64,000 nt of DNA from a virus (lineage: Duplodnaviria > Caudoviricetes): IMG/VR virus record IMGVR_UViG_3300035396_001032, positions 17,214-81,213 of that record; one strand, 5' to 3'. The translations under genes and the position numbers were made by a program. The notes under the pieces are model-generated. The model had not been told where the DNA came from and searched no databases. It saw only the letters and a list, made by a program, of their open reading frames with translations. Shown piece after piece: positions 57,065 to 64,000 of the stretch. Each line of letters starts with the position of its first letter. The first letter of the stretch is position 1.

Positions 57065-57490
57065 ATGGGTAGCACACAGAAATATATAATAGTTAAGGAT
57101 AGGGTTGAAATTTATCGTGATTTTGCATTGAATTTACTATATTATATTCATAACTATTATATTGATAAAGAAAGTCTAAGCACAGATGAAGATATTCATA
57201 ATCACTACAGTTGGTGTTTCAAAAAAGTCTGTGATGAATTTAAAGAAGAGGGTCTGGACTTTAGCGGAAATAAGGAATTGAAAAAATATTTCTATTCATA
57301 CTATTACATTCAATTCTATAATGCAAAATCAAATCAAGACACGACTGTTGCGTATTTCGAAAAATTCTGGAAAAATATATTCGAAATAGACAAGCAGAAA
57401 AATAAAAATATCATCAATATTCTCATTGAGATATATAGTATCTACGATAAGTCAATAAATCAGGAAAAAAATATTTTAGAAATTGTTTAA
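57065..57490 (+). CDS. Hypothetical protein
   Basis: ATG 57065 just after the amidase stop; aromatic-rich 141 aa. Confidence 0.7.
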   Translation: MGSTQKYIIVKDRVEIYRDFALNLLYYIHNYYIDKESLSTDEDIHNHYSWCFKKVCDEFKEEGLDFSGNKELKKYFYSYYYIQFYNAKSNQDTTVAYFEKFWKNIFEIDKQKNKNIINILIEIYSIYDKSINQEKNILEIV

Positions 57491-57496
57491 AATTCC

Positions 57497-57527
57497 TTGC
57501 ATGTCGTATTTATATTCACTATTTTTA
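57497..57527 (+). promoter_or_regulatory. Overlapping host-like promoter and GTATTTATA motif
   Basis: TTG (57497-57499)-N20-TATTTTTA (one mismatch) with GTATTTATA at 57506-57514 in the spacer. Confidence 0.45.
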
Positions 57528-57566
57528 CAATCACAAAAATAATATTATTTAAAATTTAAAACACAA

Positions 57567-57854
57567 ATGGCAAATTTAAAACTTGACCTCATTAACAAAT
57601 TAAACAACGACAAGTATTATGAAGAACTTGAGTTAGTACGTCTCGCACAAGACCCAAACACAAATTACAAAGAAAAAATTGATGCAATGTCATTTCAACT
57701 CGAAAGTCTTGCAATTCTTAATGCACAGTTGGGTTTAGTTAATCAGTATTTTCAAGAACCTGCTGCACAAGCAGAACAAGTTCCAGTTAATGCTGCACCA
57801 GTACAAAATGCACCTGCAGGACAGGTTCATCAGGGTCAGACTCACGGAGAATAA
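57567..57854 (+). CDS. Hypothetical protein
   Basis: 95 aa, helical hairpin plus a Q/P/A-rich tail. Confidence 0.7.
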   Translation: MANLKLDLINKLNNDKYYEELELVRLAQDPNTNYKEKIDAMSFQLESLAILNAQLGLVNQYFQEPAAQAEQVPVNAAPVQNAPAGQVHQGQTHGE

Positions 57855-57857
57855 TTC

Positions 57858-58055
57858 ATGATAGTCTTAATTGAAATATATCAGTTTCTTTTTATAGCCT
57901 CTATAATATTTATGATTCACATTCTTGGTGACTTAATCATAAAAATGTATGGAAGATTTAAATTAAAAGAAGAAACCAGATTTGTTTTAAGTATAACTGA
58001 AAAAATAATGCTATGGGTATCCATAGCAATATTTTTTTCATATATAATACAATAA
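57858..58055 (+). CDS. Small two-TM membrane protein
   Basis: 65 aa with two hydrophobic helices. Confidence 0.65.
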   Translation: MIVLIEIYQFLFIASIIFMIHILGDLIIKMYGRFKLKEETRFVLSITEKIMLWVSIAIFFSYIIQ

Positions 58056-58571
58056 ATGAAAACAATTGAATTAGCATTACAACCCATTACAGGTTTTCTC
58101 GTATCAATTACAAGAAATACTCAAAATGGCTGGTATGAAATTGAAATAGGTTTGCCAAGCACTTGGTATTATGACGAGAACGATGAAATTGGTTGTGAAG
58201 TCATAAGTGAAATTAAGACCGAAAATGCTTCAGGTAAAATAATTAAAATATTTCCCAAAAACGAAGAAATTGTTATTGACGATTTAGTTGCGTTTGTTCA
58301 AGTTATCATCGACACCAACAAAAGAATCGCTGATAAGGAAAAACAATTTACTGATAGAATGCAGGAAATGAAAGGTGTTTTGGAAAAAGAAGCTAAAAAG
58401 TTCTATGAGGAACTTGATGAATTGAAGATTAACTCAATCAAAACCCTAAACGATAATTTTGTCAAGGTCTTACGTCCAGATGCTGAAAAGAAGACCAGAA
58501 AACCAAGAACTCCCAGAGTTGTTACGGGCACTACCGACACACAAACACAAAACGTTGAAGAAGTAAAATAA
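58056..58571 (+). CDS. Hypothetical protein
   Basis: 171-aa ORF in the operon. Confidence 0.72.
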   Translation: MKTIELALQPITGFLVSITRNTQNGWYEIEIGLPSTWYYDENDEIGCEVISEIKTENASGKIIKIFPKNEEIVIDDLVAFVQVIIDTNKRIADKEKQFTDRMQEMKGVLEKEAKKFYEELDELKINSIKTLNDNFVKVLRPDAEKKTRKPRTPRVVTGTTDTQTQNVEEVK

Positions 58572-58576
58572 TCGTT

Positions 58577-58930
58577 ATGGCTATTGACGAAAAGATATTG
58601 TCTATCGATGCCGATGATGATAACAAAGATTATCAGGCATTTGAGGAATATATTCAAGACGATACTGAAAGAAAGAAAAATCGTACTGCTGCGGTTATTG
58701 ATGAATGGGGTGAACAACTATTAAAAGAAATTGATAGAAAGAAGAAGCTGGAGAAGCTAAGAATTGAAAAACTTATACCCTATATTATTAGACACTCAGA
58801 TGGTAAGTATGATGCAGATGAATTGATAACTTATACGTTTAAAGACGTGCAGGATATCTACGATGAACTAAAAAAAGAAAATCAACCATTTTTTTCAAAA
58901 TTTTTTCACTTTCTATTCAATATTGATTGA
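58577..58930 (+). CDS. Hypothetical protein
   Basis: 117-aa acidic/basic ORF in the operon. Confidence 0.7.
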   Translation: MAIDEKILSIDADDDNKDYQAFEEYIQDDTERKKNRTAAVIDEWGEQLLKEIDRKKKLEKLRIEKLIPYIIRHSDGKYDADELITYTFKDVQDIYDELKKENQPFFSKFFHFLFNID

Positions 58931-58938
58931 TTATTAAC

Positions 58939-58946
58939 TATATTTG
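58939..58946 (+). promoter_or_regulatory. Bacteroidota -7 element
   Basis: TATATTTG 39 nt before ATG 58978; no correctly spaced TTG found. Confidence 0.5.
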
Positions 58947-58977
58947 CGTAGTATAAACAATTAAATCAACATATCTT

Positions 58978-59751
58978 ATGGCACTATTTGATGACGTTTT
59001 TAATGCAAAATCAATCTACGGAACACTTTTCTTTAATGTAAAGTCAGTTCTAATTTATCCTACACTCGCAGACCTCGAAAGTAAAAACAAGCCATTGTTT
59101 GACCGTTGGCAACAACTAAGAATGACTAAATATTTTCGAGTTGTAATGTCTCCAGATGAACTGTATCAGGAATATGCACCAAACTTTCCTGAGTATACAA
59201 GAATCGTTGCAATAACATATGCAACACTGTATAGCGAAAATGGTACGTTGAAACGTTTCTTCAAAAAAATCGTGAATGAAGACGAATATATTGTCTTGGC
59301 AACATTCATGGATGTATTATATGAACTATCAACTGCAGGTGTTCAATCAAATCCACAGTATTTCCCAATCTTATGTGGACATGATATTATTGGTCACGAC
59401 ATTCCACTCTTAATTAAAAGATTCCTTGCTAATAAGGAGAAGTTTGGTGCAGAGAAGCAATTGCCTTACATGCTTAAAAGATGTCTGAATATCAAGCCTT
59501 GGGAACCGGGCGTAGTTGATATCTTAAACGTTTGGAAATTCAATGGATTTGAAAACGTTTCATTAATGCTTATTGCTGATTATATGGGTCTTAAAAAGAC
59601 TGTTGATTTACTTTCACTTCCAGAATTGTCAAAATATTATTGGAATAATGTTGGTGAAAAACCAGTTGAGACTTTGGAACATATTTCTTTACAATCTGCC
59701 ACACAAACAAATCTCGTTATTCAATTGATGAATGAACTAAGGCATCTGTAA
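58978..59751 (+). CDS. PolB-exo-related DEDD 3'-5' exonuclease fold with degenerate active site
   Basis: PEYTRIVAITYA...ILCGHDIIGHDIPLLIKR...KPWE..VVD...VSLMLIADYMGL matches the family layout; ExoI reads FNVKS and ExoIII reads ISLQS. Confidence 0.65.
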   Translation: MALFDDVFNAKSIYGTLFFNVKSVLIYPTLADLESKNKPLFDRWQQLRMTKYFRVVMSPDELYQEYAPNFPEYTRIVAITYATLYSENGTLKRFFKKIVNEDEYIVLATFMDVLYELSTAGVQSNPQYFPILCGHDIIGHDIPLLIKRFLANKEKFGAEKQLPYMLKRCLNIKPWEPGVVDILNVWKFNGFENVSLMLIADYMGLKKTVDLLSLPELSKYYWNNVGEKPVETLEHISLQSATQTNLVIQLMNELRHL

Positions 59752-59780
59752 GATTTTCTGTTTTTATATTTTTACTACAT

Positions 59781-59819
59781 AAATAAAGTAAATCCGAGTG
59801 ATTTACTTTATTTTTTTTT
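59781..59819 (+). terminator. Intrinsic terminator
   Basis: AAATAAAGTAAATC-cgagt-GATTTACTTTATTT plus T-run. Confidence 0.8.
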
Positions 59820-59828
59820 GTATTTATA
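59820..59828 (+). promoter_or_regulatory. GTATTTAT phage promoter motif
   Basis: GTATTTATA 24 nt before ATG 59844, abutting the terminator T-run. Confidence 0.7.
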
Positions 59829-59843
59829 TGAAAACGGAAAAAT

Positions 59844-62800
59844 ATGAATTTAGATTTTCTTAGTTCGATAAACGTAAAACGTATTACTGCAACATTCATT
59901 TCAGGTGCAACTATTTCTGGAACTGGATTGGTTTCAAGTGCAACCACAGCAACTAATGCATTATGTTTAGGTGGTAATCTTGCAAGTACTTACTCAAGTA
60001 AGGTAAGTGGTGCTGTTGCAGATGATATTGCAACATTTGCTTCTGGTGGAAATCCCCAAGATAGTGGAAAACAATTTATAATAACAGTAAATACTTCTTC
60101 AACTGCGACTGACACTAAAGTTCCAACTGAATTAGCAGTTAGAACTGCAATTAATCAAGCAGTTAGTGCTGCGATTATATTACAAGGTGATTGGAATGCC
60201 AATACAAATAGTCCTAATTTAACTTCAAGCACAATGACCACTGGTTATGCTTGGAGAGTGTCAACAAGTGGTCATACTAATTTAAGTGGTGAAACTACAT
60301 GGTATGTAGGCGATTTGGCAGTTAAATCTGCAACTGGTTGGATAAGAATTGCAAGTACCGATATTTCAGCTATTTGGGGAAACATTAGTGGAACACTTAG
60401 TAATCAAACTGATTTACAAAGTGCTTTAAATGCAAAGACTTCATGTTTAGGTACTGTAACAGGAACTGGGACTGCAAATGAATTGTCATATTGGACATCT
60501 GCAAGTGCACTGGGAACACTCGCTGTTGCATCATATCCTTCTTTAACAGAAATCTCCTATGTAAAGGGTGTTACAAGTGCTATACAAACACAATTAAATG
60601 ACAAATCACCTATTGCCAGTCCTACTTTTACAGGCACGGTTACATTACCCATCACCTGTTTAACAGATAATTCATATTTTCTTGGTTCACCAACTTATGG
60701 TTATAGATTTAATGATAGTACTTCTACATACAATAACTTCATCATTAAGGAAAATGGTGATACATGTACAAGAGGTAATGCATACATACCAAACGGAATA
60801 TCAATAGGAAGTGATGGTACATATACTCTAATAAAAACCCCTGCTGCTGGTGGTGCTATTCAGTTTGGTGCTAATAGTGCTACTTGGGATAGAAATTTGC
60901 ATCTTGGATTTGTAGATGGTTCGGGTGCATTTGGTGCAAATCTTAGTATTATTTATGAAACAGGTAATGTAGGTGTTGGTGGAGACCCTAATGGAAACGC
61001 AAAATTACACGTTTATGGTGATTCAATATATTTAGGGGCATTGTCAAATTATGGTTATATGACATCTGTTGAAAATACATTTAACACAAGAAGACTTGAT
61101 ATTGGTACTACTTGGGGATTTGATGCAAAAATCCCAGCAATATCAATTCTTAATGGTAGTGTAGGTATTGGCGGTGTTACTAATCCATCTACAAAGTTAG
61201 AAGTTGCTGGAGCAATTCGTAGTTCAAGTTCTTCCGACCAAATACAAGTTCAATCTTATGACCAAACTACTAAACAATGGCGTTTAGGAACAGCCATAGG
61301 AAGTAGTGGAACTAATCGTAATTTTACAATATGGGAAAGCGACCTTGGAAATGCTTTAACTATTACTCAATCTAATGGTAATGCACAATTTGCTGGTGTT
61401 GTTACAGCACCAAGTTTGACTACTAACAGTGGAAGAATAGATGCAAATACTAATGGTGGTAATGGTGGTTTTATTAGTTCAGGTAATTATCAAGGTACTG
61501 GTTCTGCTGCATATTTTCCTACTGGTCTTTATTCGCTTGGTTCTAATTGGTTATATGGTACTACAAATTTTGATGGTACTATTGGTTCTAGTGTTGATAC
61601 TTGGGATATAGATAGTACTACTGGTATTGGTAGATTTGATGGTAATGTTTCAGCAGTAAAATTCATAGAGAATGGTACTTGTTTGGCTTCAAAATATTTA
61701 GGTATTAGTGCAACTGCTACATATGCGCAGCATACTACTTGTGTATGTATTTGCGATGATGGTGTAAGGAGTGCCAATACTTTTCTACCAACCAATAATC
61801 CACATGCAATGCAGATGAATTTTGTAAGTTCAAATACTGTTGGTACTGGTGGTAGTTATGCTGGTTTGATGACTATAAATCCATATGACGGTACTTCTAT
61901 AAGTGGTGGTGATTCAAGTTATCAATTAGCATTTGGTGGCACTGCAATGAATGGTGGTGTACCTATGTTGAGAATAAGAAATGGGATTAATAGCACTTGG
62001 AATAGTTTTTATAATATATTTACTTCAGCAAATAATATTGTTTTTAGTAGCACCGCCCATAGATGTATTTATGTGGAAGATACTACAACGGCTGCAAGTA
62101 CTTGTAATTTAATGATAAAATCATCAACACTAACTATGAATACTACTGGAGTAGTTACTGGTGGAAATACTTATGTATGTGCAGGTGGTGGATTTAACTC
62201 AAGTAGTGGTGGTGGTACTGGTTGTGGTGGGCAGCTTTATATTGTCGGTGGTTGTGGTACAATCGGTACTGGTAGTTATCAAGGTGGACATGTAACCATT
62301 TGTGGTGGTACTGGTGCTGCAAGTACTGGTGGTGGTGCTGGTGGAAATATATATCTTTGTGGTGGTACTGGTAGTACCGTTGGTTGTGTTGCATTATATC
62401 ACAGTACTGTACAAAGATTGATTACTAATTCTGGTGGTGTTTGTGTAATAGGTGCATTAAATGCAAGTACAATTGTTTATGGAACAACTTGTGTTTGTTC
62501 ACCAATTGTTTGTGCAGTAGGTACAGGTGCAAGAATGTTGGCAAGTACTGGATGTGGTAGTGCTGTGGATTGGATAGCAACTTCTGATTGCCGTATAAAG
62601 AAAAATATAACACCGATTATTAGTGCACTTTCAAAAGTAGATTCTCTCTGCGGTGTTTGTTATGAATTATGTGAAGATGGTACACCTGATATGGGACTTA
62701 TAGCGCAAGACGTTTTATGTGTTGAACCACGACTTGTAACCAGAGGTGAAGTACCTGAAGAATATAAAAAATATGGTATTGAAGACCAAATGTTGGGACT

Positions 62801-62906
62801 TAAATACGATAAGTTTGTAGGTTTATTAGTTGAAGCAATTAAAGAATTAAAAGAACAAAATATATGTCTTCAAAATCAAATAAATGAATTAAATAATAAT
62901 AAATAA
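59844..62906 (+). CDS. Tail fibre/spike with C-terminal peptidase S74 intramolecular chaperone
   Basis: G/S/T-rich body with VGIGGVTNPSTKLEVAG-type repeats; C-terminal TSDCRIKKNI...GLIAQDV...KYDKFVGLLVEAIKEL coiled coil. Confidence 0.88.
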   Translation: MNLDFLSSINVKRITATFISGATISGTGLVSSATTATNALCLGGNLASTYSSKVSGAVADDIATFASGGNPQDSGKQFIITVNTSSTATDTKVPTELAVRTAINQAVSAAIILQGDWNANTNSPNLTSSTMTTGYAWRVSTSGHTNLSGETTWYVGDLAVKSATGWIRIASTDISAIWGNISGTLSNQTDLQSALNAKTSCLGTVTGTGTANELSYWTSASALGTLAVASYPSLTEISYVKGVTSAIQTQLNDKSPIASPTFTGTVTLPITCLTDNSYFLGSPTYGYRFNDSTSTYNNFIIKENGDTCTRGNAYIPNGISIGSDGTYTLIKTPAAGGAIQFGANSATWDRNLHLGFVDGSGAFGANLSIIYETGNVGVGGDPNGNAKLHVYGDSIYLGALSNYGYMTSVENTFNTRRLDIGTTWGFDAKIPAISILNGSVGIGGVTNPSTKLEVAGAIRSSSSSDQIQVQSYDQTTKQWRLGTAIGSSGTNRNFTIWESDLGNALTITQSNGNAQFAGVVTAPSLTTNSGRIDANTNGGNGGFISSGNYQGTGSAAYFPTGLYSLGSNWLYGTTNFDGTIGSSVDTWDIDSTTGIGRFDGNVSAVKFIENGTCLASKYLGISATATYAQHTTCVCICDDGVRSANTFLPTNNPHAMQMNFVSSNTVGTGGSYAGLMTINPYDGTSISGGDSSYQLAFGGTAMNGGVPMLRIRNGINSTWNSFYNIFTSANNIVFSSTAHRCIYVEDTTTAASTCNLMIKSSTLTMNTTGVVTGGNTYVCAGGGFNSSSGGGTGCGGQLYIVGGCGTIGTGSYQGGHVTICGGTGAASTGGGAGGNIYLCGGTGSTVGCVALYHSTVQRLITNSGGVCVIGALNASTIVYGTTCVCSPIVCAVGTGARMLASTGCGSAVDWIATSDCRIKKNITPIISALSKVDSLCGVCYELCEDGTPDMGLIAQDVLCVEPRLVTRGEVPEEYKKYGIEDQMLGLKYDKFVGLLVEAIKELKEQNICLQNQINELNNNK

Positions 62907-62907
62907 A

Positions 62908-63240
62908 ATGGCTAAAGTAGATTTAATAACAATATCAGGGTTAACCGCAAGTGACGGTAGTTTTATAGCAAGTGGTGCAACATTAAAGTTTGACAGTAAT
63001 TTTTTTGCTGCATCAACACACATTAAAATATCACCTAAACTCTATAGAAGTAGAGAATTATTTGAAAATGGATATCGAGAAATCTCCATGTCTGAACAAG
63101 TACTTCCTGTTGATTTTTTAATTACGTTACCAGAAGTACAATATTATCAATTAACCCCTCTTCAATTATATGAAGAAGTTAAGACATATTTAAATAATTT
63201 GTTTGGTGTCGAAATGTTTAGAGTATTAATAACTGAATAA
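62908..63240 (+). CDS. Hypothetical fibre-associated protein
   Basis: 110-aa ORF coupled downstream of the fibre. Confidence 0.65.
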   Translation: MAKVDLITISGLTASDGSFIASGATLKFDSNFFAASTHIKISPKLYRSRELFENGYREISMSEQVLPVDFLITLPEVQYYQLTPLQLYEEVKTYLNNLFGVEMFRVLITE

Positions 63241-63256
63241 ATAAAACAAACTAATT

Positions 63257-63889
63257 ATGGCAATGCCAGTAAGTGGATGTATCGCTTTACGTACATGCGT
63301 TACAGGAATAAATTGTTCGAGTATATCATGTGCTGTTAATGGCAGTGCAGCAGGTACTTGTTGTCTTAGTGCTTTGAGTGTAACTGCAGGTAAAGCAGCA
63401 CCTCATGGTATGAGAGAATTTTATGGATATACATCTGCTGCTGGTAATGCAGTTTCAATTACAAATGTTTCAAGTACAGGTACTAATGGTGTTTCTACTG
63501 CGGTATGTAATTGCAGTTGCTTAAGCTATAGTTTAACAAGAACTGTTGGTCAATGTTATTGTCCAGCATTTGATTACAACATAATTAAACTTGCATCACA
63601 GGGAATAGCAAATAAGTGTGCTTTTGTTTGTATCCTATGTAATGGAACATGTATTTATGGATGTGGTTATAATGGAATCGGTACTTTTAATGTAAGCGGT
63701 ACGTTTGCTGCAAGATGTGTTGACTATAATGATACAATTAATATTATTACATGCGCTTCAATAAATGTAGATGACACCGCAGCAGCTAATGCATCAATAA
63801 CTATTTCATCAATAACTGCAGGTGTGGGCACATATTGTATTGGAACTCCATCATCTATATATAGATATACTAGTGGCATATTAGTGTAA
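63257..63889 (+). CDS. Cys-rich virion (tail tip-associated) protein
   Basis: 19 Cys in 210 aa; N-terminal MAMPVSG..I...AAPHGMREFYGY resembles small tail-associated phage proteins; C-terminal domain similar to the end of 31633..36021. Confidence 0.65.
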   Translation: MAMPVSGCIALRTCVTGINCSSISCAVNGSAAGTCCLSALSVTAGKAAPHGMREFYGYTSAAGNAVSITNVSSTGTNGVSTAVCNCSCLSYSLTRTVGQCYCPAFDYNIIKLASQGIANKCAFVCILCNGTCIYGCGYNGIGTFNVSGTFAARCVDYNDTINIITCASINVDDTAAANASITISSITAGVGTYCIGTPSSIYRYTSGILV

Positions 63890-63907
63890 AGTTGTTAAAT
63901 AAAAATT

Positions 63908-64000
63908 ATGAAAAATAAACGTGCAGCATTAATTTCAGGCGGGGGTGCTTGGGGTGCATATGGTGGTGGCACATTAGCTAAAATTAACGGAAATTATGAC
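63908..64000 (+). CDS. Patatin-like phospholipase, 3'-truncated by window edge
   Basis: MKNKRAALISGGGAWGAYGGG: beta-strand plus the Gly-rich GGGAxGA oxyanion loop of patatins. Confidence 0.7.
   Translation, partial: MKNKRAALISGGGAWGAYGGGTLAKINGNYD

Noticed and set aside
7751-62613. The many short minus-strand and alternate-frame ORFs in the track (e.g. 18105..18719, 49094..49534, 52945..53409)
   Set aside because: They lie antisense to or inside well-supported genes, have skewed F/S/L/I composition typical of shadow frames, and lack promoters or motifs.
29631-63659. Intragenic GTATTTAT matches (about 29631, 30515, 62065, 63651)
   Set aside because: Not at the 21-40 nt spacing from a start codon; a few chance hits are expected at this base composition.
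35296-63889. TGT/TGC recoded to a non-Cys residue to explain Cys-rich fibres
   Set aside because: The same codons supply canonical zinc-ligand cysteines in primase (CPHC), the SbcC hook (CSQC) and dCMP deaminase (CAKC).
1-64000. Stop-codon reassignment (as in Lak or some crAss-like phages)
   Set aside because: Long ORFs are uninterrupted in code 11, and both TGA (10565, 43112) and TAG (51507) end genes at sensible C-termini.
1-64000. CRISPR array, tRNA or rRNA genes
   Set aside because: Intergenic gaps are short (mostly under 150 nt) and explained by terminators and promoters; no repeat-spacer series or cloverleaf was seen. A tRNAscan/Infernal run would be the formal check.
1-64000. Eukaryotic giant virus or bacterial chromosome origin
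   Set aside because: Myovirus baseplate and fibre genes, a bacterial sigma factor, Bacteroidota promoters, intrinsic terminators and the absence of cellular housekeeping operons all point to a tailed phage.

Overview
This AT-rich window (roughly 30-35% G+C by eye) is densely coding, uses the standard code, and has every convincing gene on the + strand except an Hsp20. It is best read as part of a large (jumbo-type) contractile-tailed phage of a Bacteroidota host. The host call rests on TTG-N19/20-TAnnTTTG promoters and A/T-rich, non-SD leaders. The phage call rests on gp25-like and gp6-like baseplate genes, tail fibres (one with a peptidase S74 chaperone), PolB, a SNF2 helicase, primase, a RuvC-like resolvase, a fused SbcD-SbcC nuclease, dCMP deaminase, a sigma factor and an amidase. 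Two promoter classes separate the genes. Host-type promoters precede DNA-metabolism genes. A phage motif, GTATTTAT(A/G/T), lies mostly 21-31 nt before the start codon of about 16 structural and accessory genes, often right after an intrinsic terminator. The most striking region is the motif-driven effector island at 10.6-22.3 kb. It holds a Nudix fusion, a stand-alone WYL-like protein, a tandem-kinase multidomain protein, a CCA-type nucleotidyltransferase fused to a 2H phosphoesterase, a HAD phosphatase, a receiver domain and a ParB/ART-like fusion. Several of these carry hydrophobic-x-Glu linkers resembling prohead-protease sites, suggesting virion-delivered tRNA-repair and counter-defence cargo (inference). 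Other notable points: non-canonical PolB motifs, Cys-loaded fibre and baseplate tips, several apparently dead enzymes, and an Hsp20 with a sigma54-like promoter and palindrome. All family assignments come from motif recognition by eye; no database search was run.
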